DNA from: Octopus sinensis
Taxonomy: Eukaryota
Assembly: GCF_006345805.1 (NCBI RefSeq)
Contig: NC_043014.1
Span: forward strand, 46,934,001-46,998,000
Length of the DNA: 64,000 nt
Reading direction: 5' to 3'
Positions 1 to 14,437 of this stretch are shown here, in pieces (position 1 is the stretch's first letter; each line of letters starts with the position of its first letter). Position numbers and translations under genes: made by a program. Below the pieces are notes generated by a model that was not told where the DNA came from, made no database searches, and saw only the letters and a program-made list of their open reading frames with translations.

Positions 1-2501
1 GAGAAACTCTAAAGTAAAATGGTGAAAGCTGTTTCAAGCAGTGAAGGAATATCAGAAGTGAATACAAATGTCTGGCAGTCTAATTCCTATGAATCAACTT
101 AGACTGAAAATATGGTTTTGCTACATTTCCAAAAGGCTTATCATTGGCTGTTTGTTTGTGCTTCTCTTAATATATTCAAATATTTATTTTTCTACTCTCA
201 ATTCATTTGTTTTTATTTAATTTGAGACAATTGTCTCACTTTCACATTTAATTTGCTAAATATCTAACTTTGCTTCTCTTATTTTATCTGCTCCCCATCC
301 CTATCAGATGAAAGTCTCAGATACCGAAAGACATTTGTTGTCTCTGACATAAGATTCTGTCTAACAATCAATTGATGGAAAATTGTGTTAAAGCGCTTTA
401 TATATGTATATACTGATATGTATATTCCTGTTATCCATGCTCAAATATATCTCTAATTATGTATAAACAACTGGGATTGTGTACCAAAATACAATGTATT
501 TATAGCTTTGTCTATGTAAGAGACTAACTGTAAAATATAACCAAACTATAGAGTTTATCTGAAAGTGTATGTATTTGAACTGTATTTGAGTATATGCCAG
601 ACATAGGTCAAAGAGGTTTTATTTCATGTGAGGTCTGTATGCTTGTAAAAGATTAGTAAGGACAAATATCCTCAGATTCAGTAAACAACTTCTTTCATGT
701 ATGTCCCAGTCATAAAACCAATTTATGCATAACATGAAATGCATACACCAATAACATAAACATATATGTGAATATTGTATGTATGTGTAAATAATTGTGT
801 GAATGGTTTGAGATCAAGATAACTTTCCTGCATGAGTTGGCTGTTCTTTTTGGAGCAGGTGATATAACCCTGTCTTGACCTGACAGCAATAGAATAGCTA
901 CAACTGAAGTTGTATTTATGACCGAATATCTTTACATACGTTTATGCAAGTGTGGGATGGTTTTGTCATGCATATTTCTTATGAAACTATTCTCTGAAAT
1001 ATTGATTCTAACATTTGCACTCAGACACAGAATTCTTGAGGAAGTGGAGAATATAGCAGATTCAATCAGCCCCACCAGACTGATCACTTATTTTATCGAC
1101 CCTAGAATTAAATACTGGGAAACAAAGCATGACTTCTAAAATTCTAGGATTCTATACAGTCAGCTTTGTCTCTGGAATACTCATTAGCTTAATAAACTCC
1201 TTAAGTTTTATGTGTATGATATATTATCTACAATGCATGTATGCAGAGTAGAGAGAGGAGAATGGTTCAATGACTTCAGATTTTATAAATAGTATGATAA
1301 TGAGGCTAAAATTTAGTAGTGAATCTCTTCAAAATTATGTATACAAAGCTTATAACATTAGCACCAACAAAATTAATATTGCCAAAATTCCAGTTTATAG
1401 CATAAACAAATAGTCATTTAGTATGGAAATAAGCTGATTAATTAGTTGCTTGGATTTACATTTTATAAATATTAATATTTTGGTATTTTTATTTACAATA
1501 ATTTAATGGCAATTTTTGTTATTTTTCTTTGATATTATGGGAAATGTCTCATCTTTGTAGAATTTTATCAATATTGTTGTTGTTGCTGTTGCTGGTGGTG
1601 GCGGTGGTGGTGGTGGTCGTCGTGGTCGTGAGAGTGGTGATTTTGCAGAAATGAGAGATTCATGTCTTATGTTAAGTTTCATTCATGTGGTGAGAGTTCA
1701 AATCACACCCACCAGGATTTATTGTTTTCCATCCCACTAATGACCAGTACAAATTCTTGTATTGGATTTATTTGAGTATAAACTTCTACAAATATGTAAC
1801 CATGGGTTGTTGTCATTAAGGTAGATTCTAATCGTTGTCACACATATCCCACAAGTTTGTTATTGTTAACACTAAACCACTCCCTTTATAGATTATAGTA
1901 TACAAGACAACTATTAACCCTTTCTTTCACATATTTCCTGCTCTTTTTAAAACCTTAACTCGTTTATACATAACTTTTATGTGTTACAATAATTCATATA
2001 TCCTGTTTCAGTGCACATGATAAGGTTTTATACAGAGGCGGTAGCTTTACCACAATCCTTACCATGATCAGTTAATGTTCTATTTAAATTATAAACTATT
2101 TGCATGTGTGAAAGAACTGGTTGTGTAAGGCAAATGTAAAATGATTCCATGCCATGTCAGTGAAAGTGGATTGTAAATATAGATGATCTGCAATCTAGAA
2201 ACAAAGAAAATAAAGTTCTGATATGAATGACATGTCCAGCTTCAATTTTGGGAGAGAATCTGAAATTGTTATCATTTGTTTCCTACAGGTCAGAGAAACC
2301 AGAAATATGAGTGTAGGAAGAAAATAAAACATGAATGACTTGAAACGTGTTTTATTTTACTTATTTTCTGCCCCTTTTTGAAACAGGGAATGAAGAGCTG
2401 ATTGAAGTTCATTGTCCTGTATATTTGCATAATAATCTATGTTTGTTAATATATATATTTGTAGGGATGCTCAGTATTAAATAACATATTCATACCTATG
2501 A

Positions 2502-2504
<3 letters not shown>

Positions 2505-2552
<48 letters not shown>

Positions 2553-2555
2553 CAT

Positions 2556-2608
<53 letters not shown>

Positions 2609-2612
2609 TACA
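2505..2612. repeat. (TA)n/(CA)n compound microsatellite
   Basis: Directly visible. Confidence 0.95.
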
Positions 2613-4504
2613 TAGACACACATAATGTTTGTTGCATGTGTATCATATTATTCGATATGTGTGGCTTAATAAGTTAACGTGTGCAAATTTTGGTATACAA
2701 GTGTGTACTAGTATGTATGTTTATGCGCATACAATTAGTGATGAGATTTCCATATGGCAGTTGTGTATGCATTCTTTGGTATATATTTGTATGCATGGGT
2801 GTTAATTGAACGTGATATTACATTTAGTTCAAATATTGTACACACGTATATATTTCTCTGTATGTCAGTACATGTACTGAATGTACAATCAGTTCTGATT
2901 GTAGAAGAATAAAAACTATATGTATAGCCTACCCTGCTGACCCCTCTTGTGCTGTTGTATATACTGCTGTGTTCTTTCTTGTGATATTTTGCATATCTTC
3001 TTAATTTTCCATTAACAATCTCAGAGCATTTTGTCTTCTTGCCGCATCTAATGCTACTGGCCTCATGCTCTCTGTTCCTCTGCTAACTGCCTCTCTTTCT
3101 GGCCAGTTTTCACACTAGCTTGCAACATATCCGCTCGTGTTTGCATCTGAAGCCATGTCATTTCTTGTTGCTTCTTGCTTTGCATTGTTTGGCAACTTTA
3201 CACTCGCCTTTATATCATGATCTCATTGTCTTGGCTGGAACCTGCTTACATGCTGTTTTTGCAGTGCACATATGTTTATAATAAATCGCAGCATATTTAG
3301 CTTCTTCACATCCTTCATGTGAACAGTGTATGAATTTATAGATGTAATCATGTATGGGTATATTATATGTTGTAAGTCTATATACATCATACATACAGTC
3401 AGAATTAGATGAAAATTAACACTGTACACACACACACACACACACACACACACTGGAAATACCTCAAAAATATAAACCTCATCTAAAATCTAGAATATAT
3501 TCAACAATTTTGAACACAGAGGTTCATACATCTAGAAAAACAGAAAGGTTTTCCTCACAGGAAAAATATTAACCAATATGGCCTTTGATATCCCCCCACC
3601 CCACCCCCTAACTGAAAACATTTTGTCTAATAAACATTCTACTTCCTGTTCAAAACTTTAACTAGAAAAATTATCTTGTTAGGCAATATTAATATTATGC
3701 TGTTTCAGTTAGAAAACTATGATAACATTTTGCATGATTTGTCCAAAATGTTGGATTTTTCTGTCTATGATAAAAACTCGTTTTTATGGACAGTGATGTA
3801 TTGTCTGCTATCATTGTTAGCTTGATATCAATATCAACAAATAAATTTTTAGGAATGTTTCTTTTATTATAGCATGATAATGTTCCTTTGTCCCACAACA
3901 GTGAAACTTATAAATGGTCATGCTACAATTTCTATATTTATTTAGAAACAGTTTTCAAAAAATATTAAAACTTGTTAGTCATATCAGCCAGCTCTGTGCT
4001 TTAACACTGATATTTTGTTGTAAAGTGTTTGCTATAATTTCTGAAAATGCAGCTCCATTTTGTAGCTTGTTTAATTTGTGTGATGGCAAGTGAGATTAAC
4101 TTCAAGGATTTCTGGATTTAACCTCTGAACTCTAACTTTGATCTCCACCTTGGAACTTTAAATTGGATTGCTGCCTGGATTACATTGGATGTCTTTTTAC
4201 TGCTTTTTAACTTACAGGACAATCTACCGACTATTTTCAATTTAGAGAATACATCAATATGCTGACATATTGATGCTTGGTATCTGTAGGCTTGAAGAAA
4301 CCTAAGCATTAGCTTCATTATCTACTCAACATAATTTTATTTTCAAGTTTGGCTATTTTCCTAATTCAAGTGAATTGGGTCAGAAGTAACAAACTTAGAT
4401 TTACAAAAGTAAATGACACTTAGAAAAAGTGATTACAAGTAGGTTAAAACAGTTCCTTTTTTATTTACAGCATCATTAATGCATGAAATATATATTAAAC
4501 ATCT

Positions 4505-4532
4505 CTTTCTCTCTCTCTCTCGCTCTCTCGCT

Positions 4533-4592
<60 letters not shown>
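4505..4592. repeat. (CT)n microsatellite
   Basis: Directly visible. Confidence 0.95.
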
Positions 4593-4596
<4 letters not shown>

Positions 4597-5024
4597 ATTC
4601 CATTAATCATGTAACAATTAATGAATCTCAATTAAACTTACAGCCTTGCCTTTTTAAAATGATATCCTGATAACATTATAACTGTGAACTATTTCATTTT
4701 CAAATATTAAATATATTTAATTGTGAAACGTTTTTAATTTTTGTTAGGTAAAACATAAAATGGTTTGTCACTTTGATAATGGTCATTTTTCTTATAATAG
4801 ACACTCCTAGACATTCAAAATTGCATTGATACAACTTCTGGTATAGTTAATCCTCCTCAGGATTGACAATGACTTTCTGTTTGTGTTGACTTCATCTTGT
4901 CAATAATACAATATGTATCAATACTATTTCTTGTTCACTGATAATTTTTTCATAGTTCTTTCAGAATCTTTGGTTCAATCTCTTTCAATTACAACTTTTA
5001 CTCAATAGAACAAAATTTCAGTGA

Positions 5025-5190
5025 TGTGCAGATATGGTTGCACAGTTAAGAAGTTTGCTTCCCAACCACATGGTTTTGGGTTCTGTCCCACTGTGTTGCA
5101 CCTTGGGCAAGTGTCTTCTACAATAACTCCAGGCCAATCAAAACCATGTGAGTGAACTTGGTAAATAGAAACTAAAAGAAACCCAACATA
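5025..5190 (+). mobile_element. Older 5' fragment of SINE family B (tRNA-like head plus CORE-like domain)
   Basis: Diverged copy of the head of the adjacent 5196 element (accacatggttttgggttctgtcccactg...ccttgggcaagtgtcttcta). Confidence 0.75.
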
Positions 5191-5195
5191 TATAT

Positions 5196-5595
5196 AGGCG
5201 CAGGAGTGGCTGTGTGGTAAGTAGCTTGCTAACCAACCACATGGTTCCGGGTTCAGTCCCACTGCATGGCATCTTGGGCAAGTGTCTTCTGCTATAGCCC
5301 CGGGCCGACCAATGCCTTGTGAGTGGATTTGGTAGACGGAAACTGAAAGAAGCCTGTCGTATATATGTATATATATATAAGTGTGTGTATATGTTTGTGT
5401 GTCTGTGTTTGTCCCCCTAGCATTGCTTGACAACCGATGCTGGTGTGTTTACGTCCCCGTCACTTAGCGGTTTGGCAAAAGAGACCGATAGGATAAGTAC
5501 TGGGCTTAAAAAGAATAAGTCCCGGGGTCGATTTGCTCGACTAAAGACAGTGCTCCAGCATGACCGCAGTCAAATGACTGAAACAAGTGAAAGAG
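5196..5595 (+). mobile_element. SINE family B, near full length
   Basis: Pol III A/B-box-like head (ggctgtgtggtaag...ggttccgggttcagtccc), CORE-like cttgggcaagtgtctt, internal (TA/TG)n, and 3' body ending gactgaaacaagt. Close reverse-complement match to 6106-6510. Confidence 0.9.
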
Positions 5596-6105
5596 TATAA
5601 GAGAGTAAAGAGTATATATATATATATATATATATGTTTATACATATGTGTGAGGGCATGTATGTTTGTGTCTCCTTGTTTTGAAATAATTTGATTGTTG
5701 TAAACAAATGTCATTCATTTCGAATACTCTGCAAAAATCTGTCTGGCCATGGGAAAATATTATCTTGCTTGGAAACAAATAAGGACTGGTAAAAGGAATG
5801 GTATCCTGTTGTAGTCAATCTGCCTCACTAAACTTTGTCTAATCCACTCAAGCATTTGGAAAAATGGAGATTAAAATGATGATCATCATCATTTATAATA
5901 TTGTAGAGCCTTTCTAAACTACAAGCTATTTTCTTTGGTTAGTAAATTGTCTTCAATCCTTGTCACACTCAATATATCAATCTTTTCATCTTTCATAGCT
6001 GTCTGCTTCTATACCAGCCACCAACTCCAGTCTATATTCTCCATCTGACTTGACTTAGTTAACTTTATTCTCTTACGTTTATTTTTACAGATACTTGTTT
6101 AACTT

Positions 6106-6510
6106 ACTCTCTTTACTTGTTTCAGTCATTTGACTGCGGCCATGCTGGAGCACTGCCTTTTAGTCGAGCAACTCGACCCCGGGACTTATTCTTTTGTAAG
6201 CCCAGTACTTATTCTATCGGTCTCTTTTGCCGAACCGCTAAGTAACGGGGACATAAACACACCAGCATCGGTTGTCAAGCGATGCTAGGGGGGGCCAAAC
6301 ACAGACACACAAACACACACACGCATATATATATATACATATATACGACGGGCTTCTTTCAGTTTCCACCTACCAAATCCACTCACAAGGCTTTGGTCGG
6401 CCCGAGGCTATAGTAGAAGACACTTGCCCAAAGTGCCATGCAGTGGGACTGAACCCGGAACCATGTGGTTGGTAAGCAAGCTACTTACCACACAGCCACT
6501 CCTGCACCTA
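6106..6510 (-). mobile_element. SINE family B, near full length, inverted relative to the 5196 copy
   Basis: Reverse complement aligns end to end with 5196-5595 with few mismatches. Confidence 0.9.
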
Positions 6511-8289
6511 TAACTTCTTCATAATTTTAGAAACTTTTATTTCACAGGTTACATGCTGTGTCCTCGTTGACTGATTGATTTGTCTCGTCATTCTTTTATA
6601 TTAATAAGATATAGGGAAAGGTGTTTTTTAGGTTTCTCAAAACAAAACAAGATATACCTCTATATATATATATATACAACAATTGATCAGTACTGAGATA
6701 AATTCAACTAAATCAATGAATATGAATTGTGTTCCATTATAATACTTCACCACAACTGTTGCACATAATCTAATTGAATTCAAAATAGTGGCTTTCTCAT
6801 CTCAGATATCTCAATCAGCTTTGCTGCATCATTACACAACATGATGTTATATAAGACGATAGTTGTGTGACCAGTAGTTAGTTAACTGCATGTGATAGCT
6901 GCTCCTTAGTTCTTTAGAACAGTTATGACTATGTTAGAGCATTAATCAATGTATGGGTATAGTAGTTGCTTATGTGTGTAAGGTATATAGAAATAAAATT
7001 CACCTGCAAATAGTTTCCAAATTATGTAGTAACCTTAGCAACCATATTGAATAGACACATGAAATAAGCTACATCACACTCACAGATCAAAGCAAGTTCT
7101 GTCCTATTTATCCATAAAAATCTGCAGAAGATGCCTAAGCAATAATACAAAATGATTTTCTTTCTTTCATCATGTTTAGCATTTTCCTTTCAAATAAGGA
7201 TTGAATTCCTCTCAAATGAAAAATATTTCTAAGCAACTACAATATCTGTGAATAATCTTCTAAAAAACCGTTCGTATAATTGCTATAAAAACAGATTTAT
7301 TGGAAACCATTGAAATATTCCTGGCAAGTGACCCATATTTAAATGATTTGAAATGTTGCACTGAAGACATGAGACTTAATACAGTCAACACATTACCAGC
7401 CTACAATATTCACTTCAATCTCCATTACTAAGATTTTGGTTCACTACAATCATACACCAATCATATTGCAAATTCTGATATTTGCCTGAATCACTGATGC
7501 AGATGTGTTTTCAACAACACATTTATGACTCCTTGAAATAATAATAGGATCATATGGCAGGTGTGTGACTGAAGTTTTTTGAAAGGTTTTATAACTATAT
7601 GTCTCATAAATTGACCACTGAAGGAATGGAGCAGTGATGGACAAGAAATAAAAATGAAGAAAATTGAAAAAGGAAATATAAAAATAATACTCTGGCTGTG
7701 TGGTGTGAATTGTTCGTTAAGAACATATGGTAACTGTAAAGTATGATGGGGAGAGAAGAAAAAGCTTATTAATAACCTTGGTATAGTTGGATCAGAGATC
7801 AAAAGGAAACTACTAGCAACCTCTCAGGAAAATATATTTCCTTCATTTTGTAGCATAACATATTCCTAGTAAATGTAATGGAGTTATTTACACCTCTATT
7901 TTTTTATCACATACCAATATTCAATCATGATAAATGGGAAGAGAAATCTTTCAATTTTTCACCACATTGGTCAAATCAATGTCTCCTTATTGTGATCAAC
8001 TCACCATTTAAGTTCAATCTCACCTTACTGCTGACATTTTTGTAAATTTTTAATTTACTACTGAACTGTTATAGTATATTTTTGGAACTTAACATTTGTT
8101 TCAACTTAGTACTTCAAACTCCAAACATTACAAAATACAAAGTTTATTTCTATACTTTTCACAAGCTTAATTCTATGTAATTTATGTACACATTCTACCT
8201 ATGTGATGTAATATATTATATCTATGTTTGTATTTTTCTTATTCTTGCTAAGTCAGGAGGAAGGAGCAGTGTCCATGGCCATCTTAGAC

Positions 8290-8865
8290 CCTCCAAAACA
8301 GCAAACGTCATGGCATTAATGTTCCATTTAAATTGTTGTGGGGTCAACACCTACAGGAAAGACAGGGTCAGGGAAAAGATTTTAAAAGACTAATGCTCTT
8401 GGGTGGAAGGACTAGGCATACTGGTTAGTGGGGGTGGGGCAGTTGGATGTACCTGGAGTGAAGACATATAGAGAGTAAGTGGGTCAGCGATGGCTAATTG
8501 GAAGAGATATGAGACCAGTCAACTCCAATGATCAGAGGCCATTAAAGTAATCATAGAAAAGACAGAGGAGACAGCTTACCTGTGAACCTGAGGTTGGAGC
8601 ATGTCTGTTTACAACTTAAGGTCAATCAGTCAAGTGACCCTTCTCGGTTGTACTCCAGAATATTTGTTTATTTAGCAGTAGCATTGTCCCAGATGTGGGA
8701 GCTGAGCTCCATCGTGGGCCTTGTTTGAGCCTTATAGAGTGTCAACTGACATATTTTCTGATCCTAAAGAAAAGGGCTTTTCTTTGGGATTCAATCCTAA
8801 CTATATTACAGATGTGGTTTTACTATGAGAAATCCTCAATGATAGTAAGGTCCAGCATCTAGAGT
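8290..8865 (-). mobile_element. Decayed CR1-group LINE, C-terminal RT region
   Basis: Minus-strand translation LDLTIIEDFS**NHICNIVRIESQRKALFFRIRKY, then YKAQTRPTMELSSHIW, typical of the post-RT region of CR1-like ORF2. Multiple stops and frameshifts. Confidence 0.75.
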
Positions 8866-8946
8866 GCCCCTTCTCTTGTATTTATATTTATGTAATATGT
8901 AATGTATGTATGTAGTGCATCTATGTAATGCAGGTATGTAATGTAT

Positions 8947-9034
<88 letters not shown>

Positions 9035-9044
9035 GAGAGATTCT

Positions 9045-9600
9045 GTTTCCTTAGTGACCTTAGTAGCAGAAGAGAACATTCTGAAAGTATAGAAGCCAGG
9101 CTGAGAACAGACGGGAGAAAGTTCAGAGACTAATTACTTCTGTATGTTAAAAAAGGCCTGTCTCTCAGAGCAAAAGATAGCTTGTATGGTGCTTGTATAT
9201 GAACAATAATGCTACATGGCAGTGAGAGATGGACCCTGAATGTAGAGAATTTATTAAGACTAGAACGTAGTGAAGTGAACATGCTTTGCTCAGTGTGCAA
9301 TATCAGTGTGGTCATGAATGATGAAATATAACTATATTGACAGAAAAACTGAGCATAAGCAGAATCAAATGTGTACAAGACAGAATACGGCATTGGTATG
9401 GGCATGTGATGAAAATTAATGAGAGCAAGTGCTTATCGTTTAGTGTGGATGGAACCTAGGAAGATGTTGGATACCTAGGAAGATGCTGACAAAAAAAACA
9501 GTGAAGGCTGATCTCAGGATGTTGAGCCTCACAGAAGAGATAACAAAAGACTTGGATATTTGGTGATATGTGATGCCCAAGAAGACCTGCCATCACAGTG
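9045..9600 (+). mobile_element. Decayed RTE-clade LINE, ORF2 3' region
   Basis: Plus-strand translation SESIEARLR...KGLSLRAKDSLYGAC...MLHGSERWTLNVENLLRLERSEVNML, then WYGHVMK, typical of RTE ORF2. Interrupted by stops. Confidence 0.8.
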
Positions 9601-10220
9601 AAACAGGTTCTAAAAGTATTATGTATATACACACCACTGTACCCTCATTCAGTTTGTCCCCACCACTTTATCTCCCAATCATTCATTTAAGTATTACATT
9701 ATTCTTCTGCTGTAATTAAATGAGAGCAGATCTACATATTTCATCATCTTTCTGTGCTATTAGTTATCTCTTCCTCTCCTCTGTATCACTGCCTTTTGAT
9801 ATCCATCCCTCAACCGTTTCCCTGCCCCACTTCATATTTTCTATTGTTTACCCTTTCTGTGCAACCAGCTATCTCTCCTCCTACCCTGAACTGCTTCATA
9901 TTGATACCCATACCTTATTCTTAACATTGTCTCATATCTACAATCAACTACCCTCCACCCTTGTTCACCACCCATATCTCTGACCTCTTCCACTTCTATC
10001 ATTATATGTCTCTCATTCTCCCACTCTTGCCCTCTTTACTCACCCATCCCTGCCTGCCATAGCCCTATCTCTCATCTTTCCTCCTTTACCTACTGTTTTA
10101 TTATTATTCTGCTACTCTTCATCCTTTCTCTAATGCCAGTCATCACCTCCTCACCCTTGAGTCACTTCTATTGATATCCATTCCTCATTCTTATCATCTT
10201 CCTTCAACTCATATTTACCA

Positions 10221-10546
10221 TCGCCCCGACTGCCTCCGTGCCAGTGGCACGTAAAAAGCACCATCCCATCGTGGCCGTTGCCAGCCTCTGTGCCGGTGGC
10301 ATGTAAAAAGCACCATCCGATCATGGCCGTTTGCCAGCCTAGTCTGGCACCTGTGCCAGTGGCACGTAAAAAGCACCCACTACACTCATGGAGTGGTTGG
10401 CATTAGGAAGGGCATCCAGCCATAGAAATATTGCCAGATCAGACTGGGCCTGGTGCAGCCTTCTGGCTTCCCAGATCCCAGTTGAACCGTCCAACCCATG
10501 CCAGCATGGAAAGTGGACGCTAAACGATGATGATGATGATGATGAT
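10221..10546 (+). mobile_element. 5'-truncated RTE-type retroposon 3' end with (GAT)n tail and three internal tandem copies of gtgcc[a/g]gtggca[c/t]gtaaaaagcacc
   Basis: Three ~25-bp direct repeats, the conserved gtggttggcattaggaagggcatccagcc block, and aacccatgccagcatgg before (GAT)7. The same 3' end recurs at 10895-11098 and 63705-63752. Confidence 0.75.
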
Positions 10547-10894
10547 ATTCCTCCACCCCCTTCCTTCACCGTTCACTGCATTTACCCCTACATTCTTCTC
10601 TAACCATCCTTTACTTACCTCACAGACTCTTTCAACCTTTACTCACCTGCTCTCCCTTCCTGATCTTCTGTCCCACATTCTCTTCTATTCACCTTCTTAT
10701 CCCTTGAGGGCACATTCTGACACCTCACCGTTACCATCTTTATCTCCTTCAGTTACTTCACCCACACTTATACAATGTAAGGCAACCACATAACTCCTCT
10801 ACATCCAACAAAACTGTTCTTGATCTTTCTTTCATTCTCTAACAATGCTGCCTCCCATTCTGCTGTACCCCAACTCAGTTGAGGGGCTTTTTTG

Positions 10895-11098
10895 TGAGGA
10901 TCTCACTTATAGTGGTGCCATGAAAAATACCCCCAGTACAGTTTGTAAAGTGGTTGGCATTAGGAAGGGCATCCAGCCATAAAAACCATGCCAAAGGAGA
11001 CATTGGAACACAACACATCTTCTGACTTGTCAGTTCATGTTGAACCAGCCAACCCATGCCAGCATAGCAGATGGATGTTAGAGGATGATGATGATGAT
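10895..11098 (+). mobile_element. Second RTE-type 3' end with (GAT)n tail
   Basis: Shares gtggttggcattaggaagggcatccagccata and aacccatgccagcat with 10221-10546 and ends in gatgatgatgatgat. Confidence 0.75.
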
Positions 11099-11889
11099 AA
11101 TACACACACACAGTTCTTAAAGAGGACATTTTTTAACTGGTATTTTACTGATGGTTACAAACATTGTATAATAATTTCTTTTGATGCCCCCACAGAATGC
11201 TTCTTAATTCATTCATGGTTGCTGTCATAGGTCTAGGGCCATCACCTTTACTATATAATAGTATACCCCTATATTTATAGATGAAAAGCATCTCATCATA
11301 ATACATCAGAGAATCATTCACAAAATTAATTAGTCATGTATCATGGACACAACATTTCCTGATTCCATGGACTAGATGTATCAAGTCCCTTTCTTTTTTA
11401 TTAGAATTGTTTCAATTTTCTGTATATTTATTTTTCTTTAAAAGCTGTTTGTGACAACTGTGACACATGGTGCTGAAGAAGATGCAACCACCTGTGCAAG
11501 ATTGGCAAAGTGAATGCAAAATTGTTTGTAATGGTGGAGGTTGAGAGACAATATGTATATTTCTTATCGACTCCCACACACACATATCTGCAGTCAAGTC
11601 TACATCTGCTGCATATTTGGAACTCTCTCATCTCCCCATCACACATTTCTCTATCATTTGTGCTGCCTGATACAGTAACTACCAGTATTCAATCTCACTA
11701 CCAATACCCTATCGTGAGGCCTGGGTATAAGGGAGTGCATTGGACCTGCCTCTACCACTACTCTCAACTATTACCCTTTTGCTGCTGTAATTCATTAATC
11801 ATAACATTTATTCACCATGTTGACCACATTGTCTTGAGTACATATATTAGTGTAATAAAGATTCTTTAATCTTACATTGTACAAGGTGA

Positions 11890-12230
11890 CCTTCTTGTGC
11901 TGGTGTCATATTTAAGTGCACCCTACACACTTTGTGAGGTTGCTGGCAAATGTGGAGAAAAGCATAGGGTTAAGACCTTTTAGCATTGTCATGTGAAAAA
12001 CATGAAAACTTCATTAGTGTTGGTGCCGTGATAAAACGCACCTAACACATTCAACAAAAAGGTACAAATTAACAGGGTAAGTATAGGGTTGAGAGGATCC
12101 TTTAGTTTTGTCTTATTAAGGACATAACAAACTCTAGAGCTGGTTCTATGATAAAATGCACCCAGAGTGTTTTGTAAAAGTGGTTAATGATAGGAAAGGT
12201 TGCAACTGCAGAAACCAAGCCTAAAGTACA
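11890..12230 (+). mobile_element. Three degenerate copies of the RTE 3'-UTR repeat unit
   Basis: gtgctggtgtcatatttaagtgcacc, gtgttggtgccgtgataaaacgcacc and gagctggttctatgataaaatgcaccc resemble the unit at 10221-10546. Confidence 0.5.
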
Positions 12231-13170
12231 AGTGTGACATGATCCTGTAATCTATCTAGGAGAGTAGTAACTCTTGATAAAAACTGACTTGGACTTTGAC
12301 AACCTGTCAAACCTATACCAGTATAGAAACAGAATACAAAATGATGGTAATGATATGTATGAGATTCCATAATAGTTGGTATTTAATCTTCCAAACACTT
12401 CTAAATATCCTTCACTATAGTGACACAACCTGGGCTTCATCAACCCTAGCTGAGTCACCTGGTGAGGGTGTTTGACATTGAAAGATCTGAAACACTTATG
12501 ACACCAGAAAACATTATTGATGATGTTCTTTAGGTGCATCACAAAATAATGTATAGTAAAACTATACCATCACATTAATTTAGTTATCTATTTTTTTTTT
12601 ATCTTTCCAGTATTAAACATCTGAACTAATGGTCACTTTTACTATTTTTATTAACTTAAAACCTTAATGTATTGATGAGTGACTCTTTCACAAGTTGTAT
12701 CTTTATGCAGCTCAGCTGTAACTCACTTACTTTCTTCACTCACACTTGTCTTCCAGAGTTTTACTATTCCATCTTTGATTCACCATGTCACTTAAATAGA
12801 ATGTGAATTCACAAGTCAATCATAAACTGGTCATATTACAACTTGATGTGTGAATGTTGTGTCTATTAGTTTCTTTATGTCTTCCTAACCAGGCAATTTT
12901 TGTTGCAGTGTTGCAGTGAGTATAAGAAATATTTTAGATTTCTTTTTGTTCATATTCTTTCGATCTTTTCACTGTTGTTTCTTTATTGTCATGAGGTTAT
13001 ATATTTCAAATTTTATTCTCTGATTTTTTGACTTTTCATTAATACTTCTGGTTAGCTTCATCAATCTCAGTTGAAATTCTAAATTTTGTTGTCCATTTAA
13101 AGAAATTTATGTGTAGTTTATTTATGTATCTGCATATATGTGCCTATATACATACATACATACATTCATA

Positions 13171-14437
13171 TTGGGTCATCCCATAAATAATGTGGTTTTT
13201 TATACTTTTTTTTATTTTTCAAAATTAAGATAAACAAAGTTCTTTTTTAATCTAAAATATACTCTCTTTCATTTTCTACAATGCCCTTCCATCTATCTGG
13301 TAGACTTGCAAGGTTCCTCTGCCAAAATTCACTTGTCTGTGACAAAAATTACTCCTCCAGTACTGTTCTGATCTCGTCTACAACATTCACATTTTTCCCA
13401 CCCAAATGATTTTGAAGACTGCAGAATAAATGATGATCAGATGGTGAATATGGTGGGTGGGGTATCGTTTTCCATTCTAACTGCTCCAGCCTTTGGAATG
13501 TCATCCTTGCAGTATGTGGCTGAGCATTATTCTGATGGAAGAACACCTTTCGTCTTGAAACCAAAGATGATCGCTTTTCTTCTAGTGCTGACTTAAGCTG
13601 CTCAAGCTGCTCACAGTAGATCTCCTTTGTTATCATTTGGTCTGGGTTTAAAAGTTCAAAGTGGACTAAACCTTTCATATCCCACACAACAGATAACAAC
13701 ACCTTACATGGGTGAAGACCTTCTTTAGCCTGAGGTACTGGTGTTTCTCCTTTCTCTACCCACTGTCTTCGGTGCTTGACATTTTTATAGAGAACCCATT
13801 TCTCATCGCCAGTCACTATTCAGTCCAAAAAAGGTTCATTCATGAGATGTGACAGCAAAGAAGAGCACACATTCACTCTCTGCATATAATTAGACTTAGA
13901 AAGTTTGTGAGGAACCCATTGACCCAATTTGCTGACTTTTCCAATGGCACACAGGTGTCAATGAATGATTGAATGACCAAATCCAAGCTTCTCTTCTAGT
14001 TCCTCAACAGTTACGATGGGATTTTGTTCCACCAGGGTTTGCAGGACGTCTTCATTGAGCTCTACAGATCTTCAAGAATGAAGCTTGTCTTCTAAGCTGT
14101 AGCTTCCAGCTTGGAGTTTCTGACTTATGTTTATTGTCTGATCCCCATATATTGCATTAATATTCCTTGCACTTCCCCTTGCGTTGTTGCCTTTATTGAA
14201 CTCATGAACCAAAATATGCCGAATATGCTCCTTTATCACTTCCATTATAACTTTGAAAAAAATAACTGTTAAAATCGAACTGCACTCTTCAAAACTTGTA
14301 CTAAGAATAAGGACAAGGTAAAATTACTACCTGCTTTTATAGTAAGTTGATGCAGGTAGTCAAGTAGTTTATCCCATCACCCTCCAACTTTTAGCTTGTT
14401 CAATTGAAAAAAATGCATTATTTATGGGATGACCCAA
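13171..14437 (-). mobile_element. Full-length, inactivated mariner (DD34D-type Tc1/mariner) transposon, 1,267 bp
   Basis: TIRs ttgggtcatcccataaataatg (22 bp identical, about 28 bp imperfect) at both ends, flanked by TA (13169-70 and 14438-39). Minus-strand transposase runs from ATG at 14245 (MEVIKEHIRHIL...) to about 13247, with TGDEKW and GLHPCKVLL motifs. The second catalytic D is changed to N (HQNNAQPH), YSPDLAPSD is shortened to YSPSD, and stops and frameshifts are present. Confidence 0.95.

Noticed and set aside
2268-2312. Strong acceptor followed directly by GT (tttgtttcctacag|GTCAGA): possible recursive splice site or 24-nt microexon
   Set aside because: The donor match is weak and such motifs occur by chance in long introns. 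It cannot be supported without nascent RNA data.
2990-3240. Possible decayed LINE C-terminus on the minus strand
   Set aside because: Similarity to RTE-type ends is too weak to call by eye.
6700-7850. Non-repetitive, possibly decayed coding sequence
   Set aside because: All frames are interrupted and I recognise no diagnostic domain motif.
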